Assembly (NCBI GenBank): GCA_000092065.1 | Contig: CP000596.1 | Length of the DNA: 64,000 nt | Origin: Ostreococcus lucimarinus | Taxonomy: Eukaryota | Reading direction: 5' to 3' (one strand) | Part shown: piece after piece, positions 40,038 to 50,220 of the stretch | How positions within the stretch are numbered: position 1 is the first letter of the stretch | How the letters are laid out: every line of letters starts with the position of its first letter | Position numbers and translations under genes: made by a program | The notes under the pieces: model-generated | What the model was told of the DNA's origin: nothing | What the model saw: the letters and a program-made list of their open reading frames with translations, nothing else | Databases searched by the model: none

Positions 40038-42896
40038 CTATCGTTTCCGTTCGAATACACCGTGAGAGGCGATGGTATCGTCATCGCGCTTCGCCTCGTC
40101 GAGCGAGCGCACGTATCCACCGGTAATACCTCTCGATATGCGATAGAGGAGCGAGTTCTCGGGCGCGCCGTCGTCGACGATGACGTCCCGACGCTTCTCC
40201 ATGGCTTCGACGTTTGGCGGGAAAAGCTTCGGTTGATCGAGGCTTTCTCGCGGAATGTGCCTCGCATAGGGCAATCCCGGACGACACCGATCATACGCGT
40301 GTAGAAGCGACTCAAATGTTCGCTTCCACGTCAACCCACTCGTGCTCGCCACCGCTGCGGCAGACATGCGTTTCGCGAGCTCTCTATCCTTCATCAATCG
40401 CCTGATTGCGTTGACGTAGTTGGTAACGTCGCCGGGCAATGGTGCCGTGTTCTTCACAATGATCCCGCTCACCTCATCTTGCACTATAGCTCGATTCACA
40501 CCAACGTCATCCGTGATCACGGGCAACCCTGAAGCCATGGCTTCGATGAGATTGTTTGGAATCACCTCTGTCTTCGACGGGAAGAAGAATATATCTCCCG
40601 CCGCGTACGTTTTCGCGAGATTTGTCCCACCTTTATGACCTAGAATCACCACGTTTTCAAACTGCTTCAAGCTTGATCGCACCCAAGCCAAATCCGGTCC
40701 ATCGCCGGCGACGACGACTCGAAACTTTGGTAAATCCGCCTCGCGCTGCGCGACCTTGTTCAACGACTGGATCGTTTTCACAAAGCTCCCGAGACCTTTC
40801 TCGCGAACGATGCGAGCGACCCATAGAATGACAATATCGTCGCTCGATGCGCCGAAGACATCTCGTCTGTACTCGTCATCGCGCATCGATGGGTTGTACA
40901 ACGTTTGATTGACTCCTCGCGGAAAGAATCCCATCTTTTCTCCGGGAATCCCGATCGAACGGAGATGGTTCGCCGCGGCGTACGTCGGTACGGCGACGAC
41001 ATCGCACATGGAATAAAAATCTTTGAGCAAGTGTTGGATCGGATGGGTCAACAATCTGACGCGATAGTACTGCATGTAAGTGTCAAACGCAGTGTGATAT
41101 GAACACACCGAGCACGCGCCAACTTCTCTGGCCCAACGCACCGCGCTGTGACCGAGCATGTCAGGTGCGGCGACGTGCACGACGTGAGGATTGTACGCCT
41201 CGAGAACAGCGCGTTGCCTGGCTTGCAATGGGGCCGCCATCTTGTATTCTGGCCGTCCAGGAACTTCAACGGCGGGCACCGGCGCCACGAGTTGGTGAAC
41301 GCTGTGGTAATTGTTCGCCTCAACGTAATCTCGCTCGGCTAGATCCGGAGACATGACGAGCACACTCGCATCGTCCCGATCGCGTAAATAGCTGGCAAAG
41401 CGCTTCATCGTTCGACTTACGCCGTCAACGTGCTCCCAAACAGTAGTGACGATGGCGATTCGACGCACATCCAGCGCGACTACGTCGGACGACGCCTCGC
41501 TGCACGCCAACTCCGGACACGTCTTGTCGCTCACGACATTTTTTGCTTCCTTCAGCGTTGTCGCCAAGTCTGACGTCGCTTTACGCGCGTCTTCCAACCC
41601 GCACGCTTCGTACGCCGAAGCGACTTGGTACAACTGTTCCACCGCGCCCTCGTGCCACTGGTAGTGCTGCACGGAAATTGGCACTGGGAAAATGTTGTCC
41701 TGACGAATGTCCAACGCCGTCGCCGGAACAACGTCGTCGTGCGCGAAATCGTGCAGCGCACGCACATCGGCGACGTCAAATTTTAGCTTATGTGCGATCA
41801 CCATGCCTTCGCGCGGAAGTACTTGACCCGCTCCATTTGTATTCGGCGGCGACCTTCGCACGTCGCACGCCGGCCCCACGTGACACTTTCTCGGATAGCT
41901 CTTGTGCAACGACGTCTCCGCCTCGCGCTCGACAAGGGAACCATCGGAAGAGATTCGATCGAACCAAACACCGTTCACGAGCTCGAAACCGAGCGCGTCC
42001 GCGCGCGCCAGAAACGCAGGAATGCTATACTTTTCGCTCCCCAAATCCGCTTGCTCGGGGACGAATAAATGTTCATCAATGTCGGCTAAAATCACCCAAT
42101 CTTCCTCGCACGCCACGCCCGCGAGTTGCCGTTGCCAATATCTCGACAAATCGCTGTGTAAAAGCGTCTCGCCCCAGTATTTAGAGTACGTCACCCCGCG
42201 TTTCTTCATCACCGTTTCAAATTTCCCAAACCGCGATTTCGAAGCCTCTCCGACGTGCACCACCATAAACACATTCTCCGCCGGAATCTTCCCGTAGTCG
42301 ACGTAATGCGTCAAAAATTCCTCTAAAAGTCTCACCCCAAACGTCGCGTGCGCGTGCACGCCCGTCAACAGCACCGTCTTCGCCGCCTTTCCTCGTCCGA
42401 GCGCCTTGTCCAACGCGCTCCTCCGCCGTCCCGCCGAGCTCACTCGCCGCGGTCTGTACCTTCGATTCGGTCCCTCGAACCGTCCTCGATCGCCCGCGTC
42501 CAGGTCCCCACAGCTTAATTTCTTCGCCCGCCGTCCATCGCCTCCCTCGGCGCCGCTCCACGACTCGAGCGCTCTGTCCGCGCGTCTCGCGCTCAGCGCG
42601 TGTCGCCGTCTCGACACCGCCCGTCCGTCGCTCATCCATCGCACCGCCCACACCACCATCGCGCACGCGCACGCGCGCGCCACCATCACCCGCGCGCTCG
42701 CGCGTCGCTTTCGTCCGCTCCGCTGTCCTCGCTCCCGTCGCGCGCCGTCGTTTCGCCACGCCGCGCCGACTCTATCCATCATCTTAATCAACTTTTGTCG
42801 CCACCGCGCGCGGCTGCCGCACAGCGCGCGGTGCTGCGCCCGGTCCCAGGACGTGTGCGGGGAGCTGTCGCCGCTCGCGCTCAGCGCGAGCGGCAT
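40038..42896 (-). CDS. Large glycosyltransferase with a C-terminal GT4 (Glycos_transf_1) domain and an N-terminal domain of unknown family.
   Basis: C-terminal FFPSKTEVIPNNLIEAMASGLPVITDDVGVN...DEVSGIIV (GT4 E-x7-E-like core), preceded by a GT4 N-lobe (HVVHVAAPDMLGHSAVRWA). 952-aa ORF with an ATG at 42894-42896. Confidence 0.65.
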   Translation of the reverse strand: MPLALSASGDSSPHTSWDRAQHRALCGSRARWRQKLIKMMDRVGAAWRNDGARRERGQRSGRKRRASARVMVARACACAMVVWAVRWMSDGRAVSRRRHALSARRADRALESWSGAEGGDGRRAKKLSCGDLDAGDRGRFEGPNRRYRPRRVSSAGRRRSALDKALGRGKAAKTVLLTGVHAHATFGVRLLEEFLTHYVDYGKIPAENVFMVVHVGEASKSRFGKFETVMKKRGVTYSKYWGETLLHSDLSRYWQRQLAGVACEEDWVILADIDEHLFVPEQADLGSEKYSIPAFLARADALGFELVNGVWFDRISSDGSLVEREAETSLHKSYPRKCHVGPACDVRRSPPNTNGAGQVLPREGMVIAHKLKFDVADVRALHDFAHDDVVPATALDIRQDNIFPVPISVQHYQWHEGAVEQLYQVASAYEACGLEDARKATSDLATTLKEAKNVVSDKTCPELACSEASSDVVALDVRRIAIVTTVWEHVDGVSRTMKRFASYLRDRDDASVLVMSPDLAERDYVEANNYHSVHQLVAPVPAVEVPGRPEYKMAAPLQARQRAVLEAYNPHVVHVAAPDMLGHSAVRWAREVGACSVCSYHTAFDTYMQYYRVRLLTHPIQHLLKDFYSMCDVVAVPTYAAANHLRSIGIPGEKMGFFPRGVNQTLYNPSMRDDEYRRDVFGASSDDIVILWVARIVREKGLGSFVKTIQSLNKVAQREADLPKFRVVVAGDGPDLAWVRSSLKQFENVVILGHKGGTNLAKTYAAGDIFFFPSKTEVIPNNLIEAMASGLPVITDDVGVNRAIVQDEVSGIIVKNTAPLPGDVTNYVNAIRRLMKDRELAKRMSAAAVASTSGLTWKRTFESLLHAYDRCRPGLPYARHIPRESLDQPKLFPPNVEAMEKRRDVIVDDGAPENSLLYRISRGITGGYVRSLDEAKRDDDTIASHGVFERKR

Positions 42897-43182
42897 CGCG
42901 GCGCCGCGCGCGCGCCGCGCGTCGAGGTGTGTCGCGTCGTATGGGCAAACAGTGACGCGCCGCGATCACAAACGTCTCGAACGTTGAGACCGACGCCGCA
43001 GACGACGACGCGCGAGCGCGCGCGCGCGGCGACGCGCGCGCGCGCGCGAGGCGACGACGGCGAAGGCGACGGACGGCGCGACGCGGCGAGGCGCGGGCAC
43101 GGCGGCGCGCGCGCGCGACGCGACGCGAATCGTCGCGAATCGAATCGAATCGATTCATCGCACTTTTTAATCGCGTCGAGCG

Positions 43183-45474
43183 ATGGTCTGGCGCGCGCTG
43201 GGACGCGCGTTCCGCGCGATCCGAGGACCGTTTCATCGACCGCTGGAACCGCTGCTGTGGCTGGCGAGCGTGGTGAGCGCGCGGCGAGTGTGGGCGGGGA
43301 AGGATGCGAAACACGCGGCGGCGCGGGCGGCGATGGACGCGCGATTGGCGGCGATGCATCCGGCGAGACGGGCGCTGCCGCTGCTGGCGGTGATCGCGCA
43401 GTGGAGGGTGGACGGCGCGCGGTGGCAGGTGGTGCCGGCGTACATCGGGACGGGGGTGTGCATGAGCGTGGGGGCGGCGGGGAGTAAATTGCCGCTGTGG
43501 GCGCGGCGCGCGGCGGCGCTGAGCGGAGGCGCGACGACGTTCGCGAGCGTGCTGAGTGGATTGTTGATACCGGTGTTTCGAATGCCCAAACCCACGGGAC
43601 CGCATAAGGTTGGAAAGAGGACGCTGATGTGGACGGATCGATCGAGGAAGAGTTGGTTGTTGAACACGAAGGGACGCGGGGCGTTTCCCGAGCACAGAAA
43701 ATTGATGGCGAACATTTGGTATCCGGCGTGCGAGCGCGGGCTCAAGGAGGTGAAGAAGCCGCGCAAGGCGAACTGGCTCGAGCCCTTGCTCGCGAAGTCT
43801 TTAGCGGTGAGCTTTTGGGCGCCAGAGTGGTGCGTGAATTACTTTCGATTGGTTCGCATGGAGGCGCTGGAGGACGTCCCCGTCGCGGGTGGACGAGGAG
43901 AGCAATTCCCGGTGGTCGTGTTTTCGCACTCATTCACGGGGATGAAGGAGCAAAACAGCGCGCTGTTGCAAGAGCTCGCGAGTTGGGGGTACATCATCGT
44001 CACCGTCGATCATCCGCACGACGCGGCGCTGGTGTTGTATCCGGACGGGTCGACGGCGGATTTCAGAGGATACGACATGCCGAACGACACCGTGCCGTTC
44101 AACTGGTGGAAATTTAGAAATCAGCACTTGCGTTGGCGCGCGCTGGATGTGGCTTTCGCCCTGGATCAGGTGGTGGCGATGAATGCCGATCCTGAAAGCG
44201 ACTTTTACGAGCGATTGGATTTGACGCGCGTCGCCGCCATGGGACACTCGTTCGGCGGCGCCGCGGTGGGGATGCTCGCGCAAATGGATTCTCGAATCCA
44301 GTGCTGCATCATGCTTGATCCTTGGATGTGGCCTTTCGGGTACGAGCGCATGAAACAAGGCATCCCATGCCCAGTGTTGGTCTTCGAAGCACCGCGATTT
44401 CTGGGTAATCGGGACATCTTTTGCATTTCCAACGCCGAGATGACGTCGGACTTGTGCGCCAACACGGCGCCGGCGGCGTGCTCGAAAGAGGTCGAGCCCC
44501 GACGTTTGTCCGAAGTTCTCGAAGCCCCCGACGCGAGTGCGACAATAGATGTCGCCGGCGAGCAATCGCCGAGCGATGAGATCGATTACAGAGAAGATGA
44601 TGCGTCGAACGAAGAATCGGCTCGCGCCGCTTCGCCGGGACGTCCGCCGCGTCCGCCGCGTCGCTCGAGTGGTGCTGATTCGACAGATAGGCGTGCGACA
44701 GACGCCCGCGCGTTATCACAAAGTAGAAACAGTAGCTGGGGATCTTTCATGTCGGTGGATGAGCAACGCGAGCCGAGCGGTGTGGCGTTCAAGGCGGTGA
44801 TCGAAGAGACGATGCACTTTGATTTCACCGATCTCGCCATGGTCGCCCCGTTGACGACGCGCTTACTAGGCGTCGTCGCGGTCGGAGGATACGAAGTTCA
44901 TCACATCACTTCGGCCGCGATTTTGCGTTTCTTGCACGGGTATAATCATCCGCACAAGTTTGAATCGATCTTCAGCGCGGAGGAACTCGACGAGCAAGCG
45001 AGAGCGTTGTACCCGGGGCCTTGGTTGGGTTGCCCGTTTGACGAAAAGGCGAAGCGTGTCGCTGAAAAAGAGTCTTTGGACGCCCTCGATGGGCGTGCGA
45101 CACCACTCAAGACGCTTCGCGAGGAATTGTCGAAACCGCGATCGAGCGGCTGGAAGGAGAAGGGCGGTATTTGCCGATGGATCCCCACCGAAGAGTTTAC
45201 TCTCGACAAGAGACGACCGTGGATCGACGAACAAAATCGCGAGATCCGATGGTTGTGCGCCGAGACGGAGGACAAAGGTGTGCCACTAACGGACCGCGAT
45301 TTGCACTGCATGTTCCCCACGCGTTCGTTGAAGAGTACGCGAGACGCCATCCGGGCGTACCGAGACAGCGATGAAGTGTTTCCCGAGCCGACCAAGTTAG
45401 CGTGGTTGTCGCAGGCGCTTCTCGACGGCGATGCCGCGGATTCAGGTCCAGACTACGCATCACTACGACCGTGA
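43183..45474 (+). CDS. PAF-acetylhydrolase-like (PAF-AH plasma/II family) alpha/beta-hydrolase lipase with a long C-terminal extension.
   Basis: FPVVVFSHSFTGMKEQNSALLQELASWGYIIVTVDHPHD and the nucleophile elbow GHSFGG, then LDPWMWP. The C-terminal 350 aa are low-complexity plus an unrecognised domain. Confidence 0.6.
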   Translation: MVWRALGRAFRAIRGPFHRPLEPLLWLASVVSARRVWAGKDAKHAAARAAMDARLAAMHPARRALPLLAVIAQWRVDGARWQVVPAYIGTGVCMSVGAAGSKLPLWARRAAALSGGATTFASVLSGLLIPVFRMPKPTGPHKVGKRTLMWTDRSRKSWLLNTKGRGAFPEHRKLMANIWYPACERGLKEVKKPRKANWLEPLLAKSLAVSFWAPEWCVNYFRLVRMEALEDVPVAGGRGEQFPVVVFSHSFTGMKEQNSALLQELASWGYIIVTVDHPHDAALVLYPDGSTADFRGYDMPNDTVPFNWWKFRNQHLRWRALDVAFALDQVVAMNADPESDFYERLDLTRVAAMGHSFGGAAVGMLAQMDSRIQCCIMLDPWMWPFGYERMKQGIPCPVLVFEAPRFLGNRDIFCISNAEMTSDLCANTAPAACSKEVEPRRLSEVLEAPDASATIDVAGEQSPSDEIDYREDDASNEESARAASPGRPPRPPRRSSGADSTDRRATDARALSQSRNSSWGSFMSVDEQREPSGVAFKAVIEETMHFDFTDLAMVAPLTTRLLGVVAVGGYEVHHITSAAILRFLHGYNHPHKFESIFSAEELDEQARALYPGPWLGCPFDEKAKRVAEKESLDALDGRATPLKTLREELSKPRSSGWKEKGGICRWIPTEEFTLDKRRPWIDEQNREIRWLCAETEDKGVPLTDRDLHCMFPTRSLKSTRDAIRAYRDSDEVFPEPTKLAWLSQALLDGDAADSGPDYASLRP

Positions 45475-45586
45475 TGAATGTAAAATATAGCTCAAGCACG
45501 CGTTACGTTGCCATATATTATTGATATTAAAAACCGCCGCTAAGCGCGCGACGAGCGAGCAAAACGCAAATTTTACGGGACGCGCA

Positions 45587-46381
45587 TCAATTCCGTTTGC
45601 CCACGTCCAACTGGAACCACTGGTCGGCCAAAGGTTCCACACCGCTTTGCGCGTAGTAGTACGCCGCTATAGTACTCGCGAGGCGCTTCTTCTTCACCAA
45701 CGGTCGTTCGTTCGCGTCGTTCCCGCCTCCGTCCACGATGAAATCCGCCGCTTTCTTATACCACGGCAAACGTCGCTCCATAATCTCCCGAAAACTCTTC
45801 GACGCGTTCAAATCTGGCCTGTTCGAATCACCCGCGATCCTCTCGATCAAATAATCCACGTCTCGATCGAGAAACACGATCACTCCCCCCTTCGCCTTCA
45901 GCGCGTCCACCTTGCGTTGCGAAAACACCTCCTCTCCGTTTTCGTCCAAATCCGTCACGACCCCGCCCCCGGCGTCGATCAGCGCGAACCCATCGAACGC
46001 GCGTCCCGCTTTCACGCACACCTCAAACTCTAGCTCACGAAATCCACGCCATCCGCGCTCGTCCACGATCGCCGGTATCGACGCGCCGCCGGCTTCGTAC
46101 ACTATGAGGTCGTCCAGCGACATGTGTTTAAATCTTTTGTCGGCCGCCGCCAACCGTCGGCACACGCTCGACTTCCCGCACCCGCGCCCGCCGATGACGA
46201 TCAAGTTCAACCCCGCGCCGGCCGATCCCGCGTCGGTCGATCCCGCGTCGGTCGACGCCGCGCGCGCGCGCGCGCGCGCGCTCGCGGCGTCGACCGATGC
46301 GGCGCTCCGTCGACGCCCCGCGACGCGCGCGATCGACGCGCGCGCGTCGCGGCGCGTCCAACACGCGCGCGCGGTCGTCAT
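45587..46381 (-). CDS. Shikimate kinase(-like), plastid-targeted.
   Basis: Walker A LIVIGGRGCGKSSVCRRLA. LIDAGGGVV corresponds to the shikimate-binding GGG. RPDL... lid region. The track ORF extends to 46762 through an R-rich leader; I used the internal ATG at 46379-46381. Confidence 0.6.
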   Translation of the reverse strand: MTTARACWTRRDARASIARVAGRRRSAASVDAASARARARAASTDAGSTDAGSAGAGLNLIVIGGRGCGKSSVCRRLAAADKRFKHMSLDDLIVYEAGGASIPAIVDERGWRGFRELEFEVCVKAGRAFDGFALIDAGGGVVTDLDENGEEVFSQRKVDALKAKGGVIVFLDRDVDYLIERIAGDSNRPDLNASKSFREIMERRLPWYKKAADFIVDGGGNDANERPLVKKKRLASTIAAYYYAQSGVEPLADQWFQLDVGKRN

Positions 46382-46465
46382 CTCGCGTCCCGCGCGCGCG
46401 CGCGCGACGTCGAGCGCGTCGACGCGCGTCGAGCTCTGCGACGCGCGGCATTGCGCGACGCCGTC
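46382..46465. promoter_or_regulatory. 84-bp head-to-head intergenic region between shikimate kinase (-) and the Fcf2/SAP gene (+).
   Basis: Divergent ATGs at 46381 and 46466. Confidence 0.3.
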
Positions 46466-47779
46466 ATGACGCCCGCGGCCGCGTCGACGACGCCGCTCAC
46501 GCTCGAGCGATGCGCGACGATGAAAGTCAAGGAACTTCGCGACGCGCTCGACGCGCGCGAGCTCCCGAGCGACGGCCTGAAGGCGACGCTGCGGGCGCGT
46601 TTGGAAGAATTCGTGCGGCGGGGCGATGGCGGCGGCGACGACGACGACGACGCGGAGCGCGCGTCGGACGCCGAGGCGAGCGCGACGGCGAGCGAGGGGT
46701 CGACGTCGGAATCGGCGTCGGTGGAGGACGCGCTGGCGAGGCGAATACGGGCGTCGGCGCAAAAGGCGGCGAGCGCGGCGAACGACGACGGCGACGGCGG
46801 CTCGAGCGACGAAGGCGACGACGAGAGCGAGGACGAGGCGTCGAGCGACGAGGAAGAGAAGAGGGAAGAATCGGAGTCAGAAGAGTCGGATTCGAACGGT
46901 GTGGAGGAGGATAAGTGGCGGCGGAAGGATGATCCGGTGCTGCATGAATTGCTTTCGTATTACGTCGCGCGCGGCGTGGAGACGGCGTGCAAGCTCGAGG
47001 CGTTTCGGAGACGCGTGGAGGATCCCGCGTTTGAACCCACGGCGGAGGAGGCGGCGTTCGTGGATGAATTGCAGACGAAGCTGATCGAGGAGTTCACGCA
47101 GCCGTTGCCGACGCTCGAGAGCGAGGCGAAGGCGCAGAGGGAGAGGAGATTAAAGGAGGAGGGCGGCATCGACGGGAGCGCGCCGAAGGCGCGAGGGGAC
47201 GAAAAGCGGAGCGCGATGCCCACGGATGGTTGGAATCGCACGCGGAAGAAGGAACGCGTGAAACTAAAAAAGAACGACCCATCCGCGCAAGGGACGTACG
47301 AGACGCGTAAGCTCATCGAGGAAGGCGCCGGATTGTTCGTCGCCCCGAACGACAAAACCAAGGTTCGTCGAGAGTTGCGAAAGATGGAACGCAAGACCGC
47401 GGGCAAGGGATGGTTCGACATGAAAGCCGTGGAGTATACTCCAGAGTTACGCAGAGAGATGCGCATGCTCAAGCTTCGCGGGGCGTACGACCCGAAGCGT
47501 TTCTACAAGAACGCCGATACCTCCAGGCTGCCGACGCACTTTCAAGTCGGCACCGTCGTCGGCGGCGCCGCGGACTTTTACTCCGCCAGGCTCGCCAAGA
47601 AGGATCAAAAGCGCACGCTCGCGGAAGAAATCATGCACGACAAAGACATCGAGCACGTCAGACGCCATCGTTTCGCGAAGATTCAAGAAAAGAACGCCGG
47701 AAACATGGGCCGAAAAGCCAAGCGTAAGCTCGGCGGCCGCGAGCGCGGCAACGCGCACCACAAAAAGAAGAAAATCTAA
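46466..47779 (+). CDS. Nucleolar pre-rRNA processing protein with an N-terminal SAP motif and a C-terminal Fcf2 domain (DNTTIP2/Fcf2-like).
   Basis: SAP MKVKELRDALDARELPSDGLKATLRARLEEF. An acidic Ser/Asp/Glu tract. Fcf2 core GKGWFDMKAVEYTPELRREMRMLKLRGAYDPKRFYK...FQVGTVV...HRFAKIQEKN. Confidence 0.65.
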   Translation: MTPAAASTTPLTLERCATMKVKELRDALDARELPSDGLKATLRARLEEFVRRGDGGGDDDDDAERASDAEASATASEGSTSESASVEDALARRIRASAQKAASAANDDGDGGSSDEGDDESEDEASSDEEEKREESESEESDSNGVEEDKWRRKDDPVLHELLSYYVARGVETACKLEAFRRRVEDPAFEPTAEEAAFVDELQTKLIEEFTQPLPTLESEAKAQRERRLKEEGGIDGSAPKARGDEKRSAMPTDGWNRTRKKERVKLKKNDPSAQGTYETRKLIEEGAGLFVAPNDKTKVRRELRKMERKTAGKGWFDMKAVEYTPELRREMRMLKLRGAYDPKRFYKNADTSRLPTHFQVGTVVGGAADFYSARLAKKDQKRTLAEEIMHDKDIEHVRRHRFAKIQEKNAGNMGRKAKRKLGGRERGNAHHKKKKI

Positions 47780-47926
47780 GCCTCACCGCGACCTCGCGCT
47801 CGAGCGCGTCATTCGCAGCACCCACATCACCGTCGTACATCCCAAATCGTCGGAGATTGTAATAGAAATCATCCGCGTTGTATCGCCTCGTCCCGCGCCG
47901 CAGCCGTCGCCACTCGTCGCCTCGCC

Positions 47927-48820
47927 ATGGGCGCCAAAGTCTCCACGTCCGCCACCGCGGACGACCCTCGGGCGCCGCCGTGCGAGGGCGGCCGCGCCAT
48001 GTACGATCGCGCGCGCGAATCTAGCTCTGCCGCCGCCGACAGCGCGTGTCCCGTGCCGGAAGAGTACCGAGGAAACCTGGGGGTGTACAACGTGTACAAC
48101 ACGAAAATCGACGCCGCGCAGCCGTCGACGTCGAGCGATGGCGACCGGAAGAACGAGCGCAGAGGCATCGCTTCGTGGTTCGGATTCGGGGCGAGCGCGC
48201 TGGACCCGCGAAATAACATGCCGAGCGAGCCGGCGCAAGGGCGGGCGCCGGGACAACGGGACGCGCTGAGCGTCGCTCGCGAACGCTCGACGATTCCCAA
48301 GAGCGGCAGCGATGGTGGTACGTGGACGTACCCGTCGCCGCAGATGTTTTATAACGCATTGGTACGTAAAAATAAAGCCGAGGACGTGGAGGAGAGCGAT
48401 ATGGACAGCGTGGTGATGGTGCACAACGCGATGAACGAGGACACGTGGCGACGCGTGGCGCAGTGGGAAAAGTTGCACGCGTACGCTCGCGGGCAGCCGA
48501 TGCTGCTGCGATTTCGCGGACGACCGGACGAGTTGAGCCCGCTCGCGATGGCGCGATTGATGACCGGGGGCGCGCGACCGTTCGATAGACACGATTGGTA
48601 CGTCGATCGCGAAGGGCGCGAGGTGCGATACGTCATCGATTACTACTTCAACGAGGACAAGGCGGGGACGAGCGAACAATTCGACGTCGTCGTCCGTCCC
48701 GCCCTCGACAGCGTCGACGCGGTTTTGGACCGAATCAAAATGAACATTTACATCACGTGCGCGCGATTCGGGATTCCGTGTCCCGTGAGCGGCCACGGCG
48801 GCGAAATCGAAATCGACTAG
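47927..48820 (+). CDS. HCCS: Holocytochrome-c synthase (cytochrome c heme lyase, System III).
   Basis: CPV heme-regulatory motif. WTYPSPQMFYNAL, DMDSVVMVHNAMNEDTW and RPFDRHDWYVDREGREVRYVIDYY are collinear with the CCHL family. Confidence 0.75.
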   Translation: MGAKVSTSATADDPRAPPCEGGRAMYDRARESSSAAADSACPVPEEYRGNLGVYNVYNTKIDAAQPSTSSDGDRKNERRGIASWFGFGASALDPRNNMPSEPAQGRAPGQRDALSVARERSTIPKSGSDGGTWTYPSPQMFYNALVRKNKAEDVEESDMDSVVMVHNAMNEDTWRRVAQWEKLHAYARGQPMLLRFRGRPDELSPLAMARLMTGGARPFDRHDWYVDREGREVRYVIDYYFNEDKAGTSEQFDVVVRPALDSVDAVLDRIKMNIYITCARFGIPCPVSGHGGEIEID

Positions 48821-48897
48821 CGCGCGTCGCGCGACGAAACAAACGTCTCTCAACATTCTTTACGCGTCGTCATTAAATCAAATCATCGACGATTCCC

Positions 48898-49299
48898 TCA
48901 CCACAACCCGAACGGTCCCTTCTTGTTCGCCCGCGCTTCCTTCATCTTGCGCTGCGCCTCCGCCTTTTTCGCCGCGATCTCCGCCTGAAACTTTCGATAA
49001 TCTTCCGCCGTCACCTCCTTGGAGCCCTCCTTGATGAACGACCCGAGCAAGCCTTTCTTGATCGCCAGCTCCCCGTCGCGCAGTTCCCGCGCCGACTCGC
49101 CCGGCGTCTTCGCGACCGGCGTCTCGTTCGCCTTCGTCTCGCCCGACTTCCACGCGTCGATCCACCGCTGCGCCTCCGTCGCGCGCGCCTCGGGCGTCCG
49201 CGTCGCCGACGCGATCGTCGTTATCCGTTTTCGCGATCGACGCGGCGTCGTCGCGCGACGGTTCGCGACGGCGCGCGGCGCGGCGTTTGCAGCGAACAT
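48898..49299 (-). CDS. Small Lys/Ala-rich hypothetical protein of about 134 aa.
   Basis: C-terminal part of a long track ORF whose upstream two-thirds is S/R-rich antisense-like. First ATG at 49297-49299. Sequence WIDAWKSGETK...KFQAEIAAKKAEAQRKMKEARANKKGPFGLW. No family recognised. Confidence 0.25.
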   Translation of the reverse strand: MFAANAAPRAVANRRATTPRRSRKRITTIASATRTPEARATEAQRWIDAWKSGETKANETPVAKTPGESARELRDGELAIKKGLLGSFIKEGSKEVTAEDYRKFQAEIAAKKAEAQRKMKEARANKKGPFGLW

Positions 49300-49651
49300 G
49301 CGGCGAGTGAGGTTTTCGCGCTTTTGACGACGCGTTCGGGGCGGTCGCGAGGCGCGCGCGCGCGTGTCGACGTCGCGCGGATCGGCGGATGAATGAAGAT
49401 ACGCGCGCGACTGGAACCGACGTTCGCGATGCGATCCGACGACGCATCCATCGATCCGTCGTCGTCGCGTCGTCGTCGCGCGCGAAAAAGATCGCGCGCG
49501 CTCGCGCGTCGACGCGCGCGCGCGATGGTGAAACGCGCCCGCGCGTCGGCGCGCGCGGCGCGGCGTCTTCGTCGCGGGCGCGCGCGCGGCGAGACGATTC
49601 GCGCGTTCGCCGCGCGTCGACGCGTCACACCGCGCCGCGTCGACGCCGTCG

Positions 49652-50071
49652 ATGGGGTGCGCGTCGTCGAGCGCGCCGCGCGTCGACGCGCCGCGCGCCG
49701 CGGACGACGTCGAGACGGCCGACGCGACGCTCGGCGGCGCGAACGCCATCGATTCGTGGCGCCTGCCGACGACGCCGTACGCCGTGGGCGACGACGCCGA
49801 CGCGCTGTGCACGCGCGACGCGCTCGCGAGGCGACGGGATGAGTTTTGGGACACGGCGAGCGCGTACGGGGGGTCGAGCGAGGTGTGGGGGGCGCTGCGG
49901 GCGTGCTGCGAGGGGCGATTCGACGAGGAAACGTCGCGCGAGGTGCTGCGAGCGAGCGGCGCGGTGAGCTGCGACGCGCGATTGGCGGTGACGTTCGACG
50001 CGCTGGGACGGCGGTACGCGCTGCCGGCGTTCGTGCGAGGGACGCCGGATAGGTTCGAGGAGGATGGGTGA
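49652..50071 (+). CDS. UBTD (ubiquitin-domain-containing protein 1/2)-like N-terminal domain protein.
   Basis: MGC N-terminus. [26 protein letters not shown]...GRRYALPAF parallels UBTD1/2 ([21 protein letters not shown]...GNRYQLPVY). No ubiquitin-like domain follows before the stop. Confidence 0.45.
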   Translation: [139 protein letters not shown]

Positions 50072-50188
50072 GCGAAGGGCTCGCGGGGCGGCGAGGGACG
50101 GAGCGGCGACGCGTTCGAAGTAAAACGCAGCCGCTTACGGTTTAATCTCGCCAGACATCGCCGGAAGGGGTTCGATAAAACGCGGGCT

Positions 50189-50220
50189 ATCGCTACTGCT
50201 ACTGCTACTGCTAACGCTAC
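50189..50220. repeat. (GCTACT)x4 hexanucleotide microsatellite in a 3' intergenic region.
   Basis: cgctactgctactgctactgctaacgctact is seen directly. Confidence 0.6.

Noticed and set aside
47783-48856. 357-aa minus-strand ORF overlapping HCCS.
   Set aside because: Antisense to a well-conserved heme lyase. R/A/H-rich composition.
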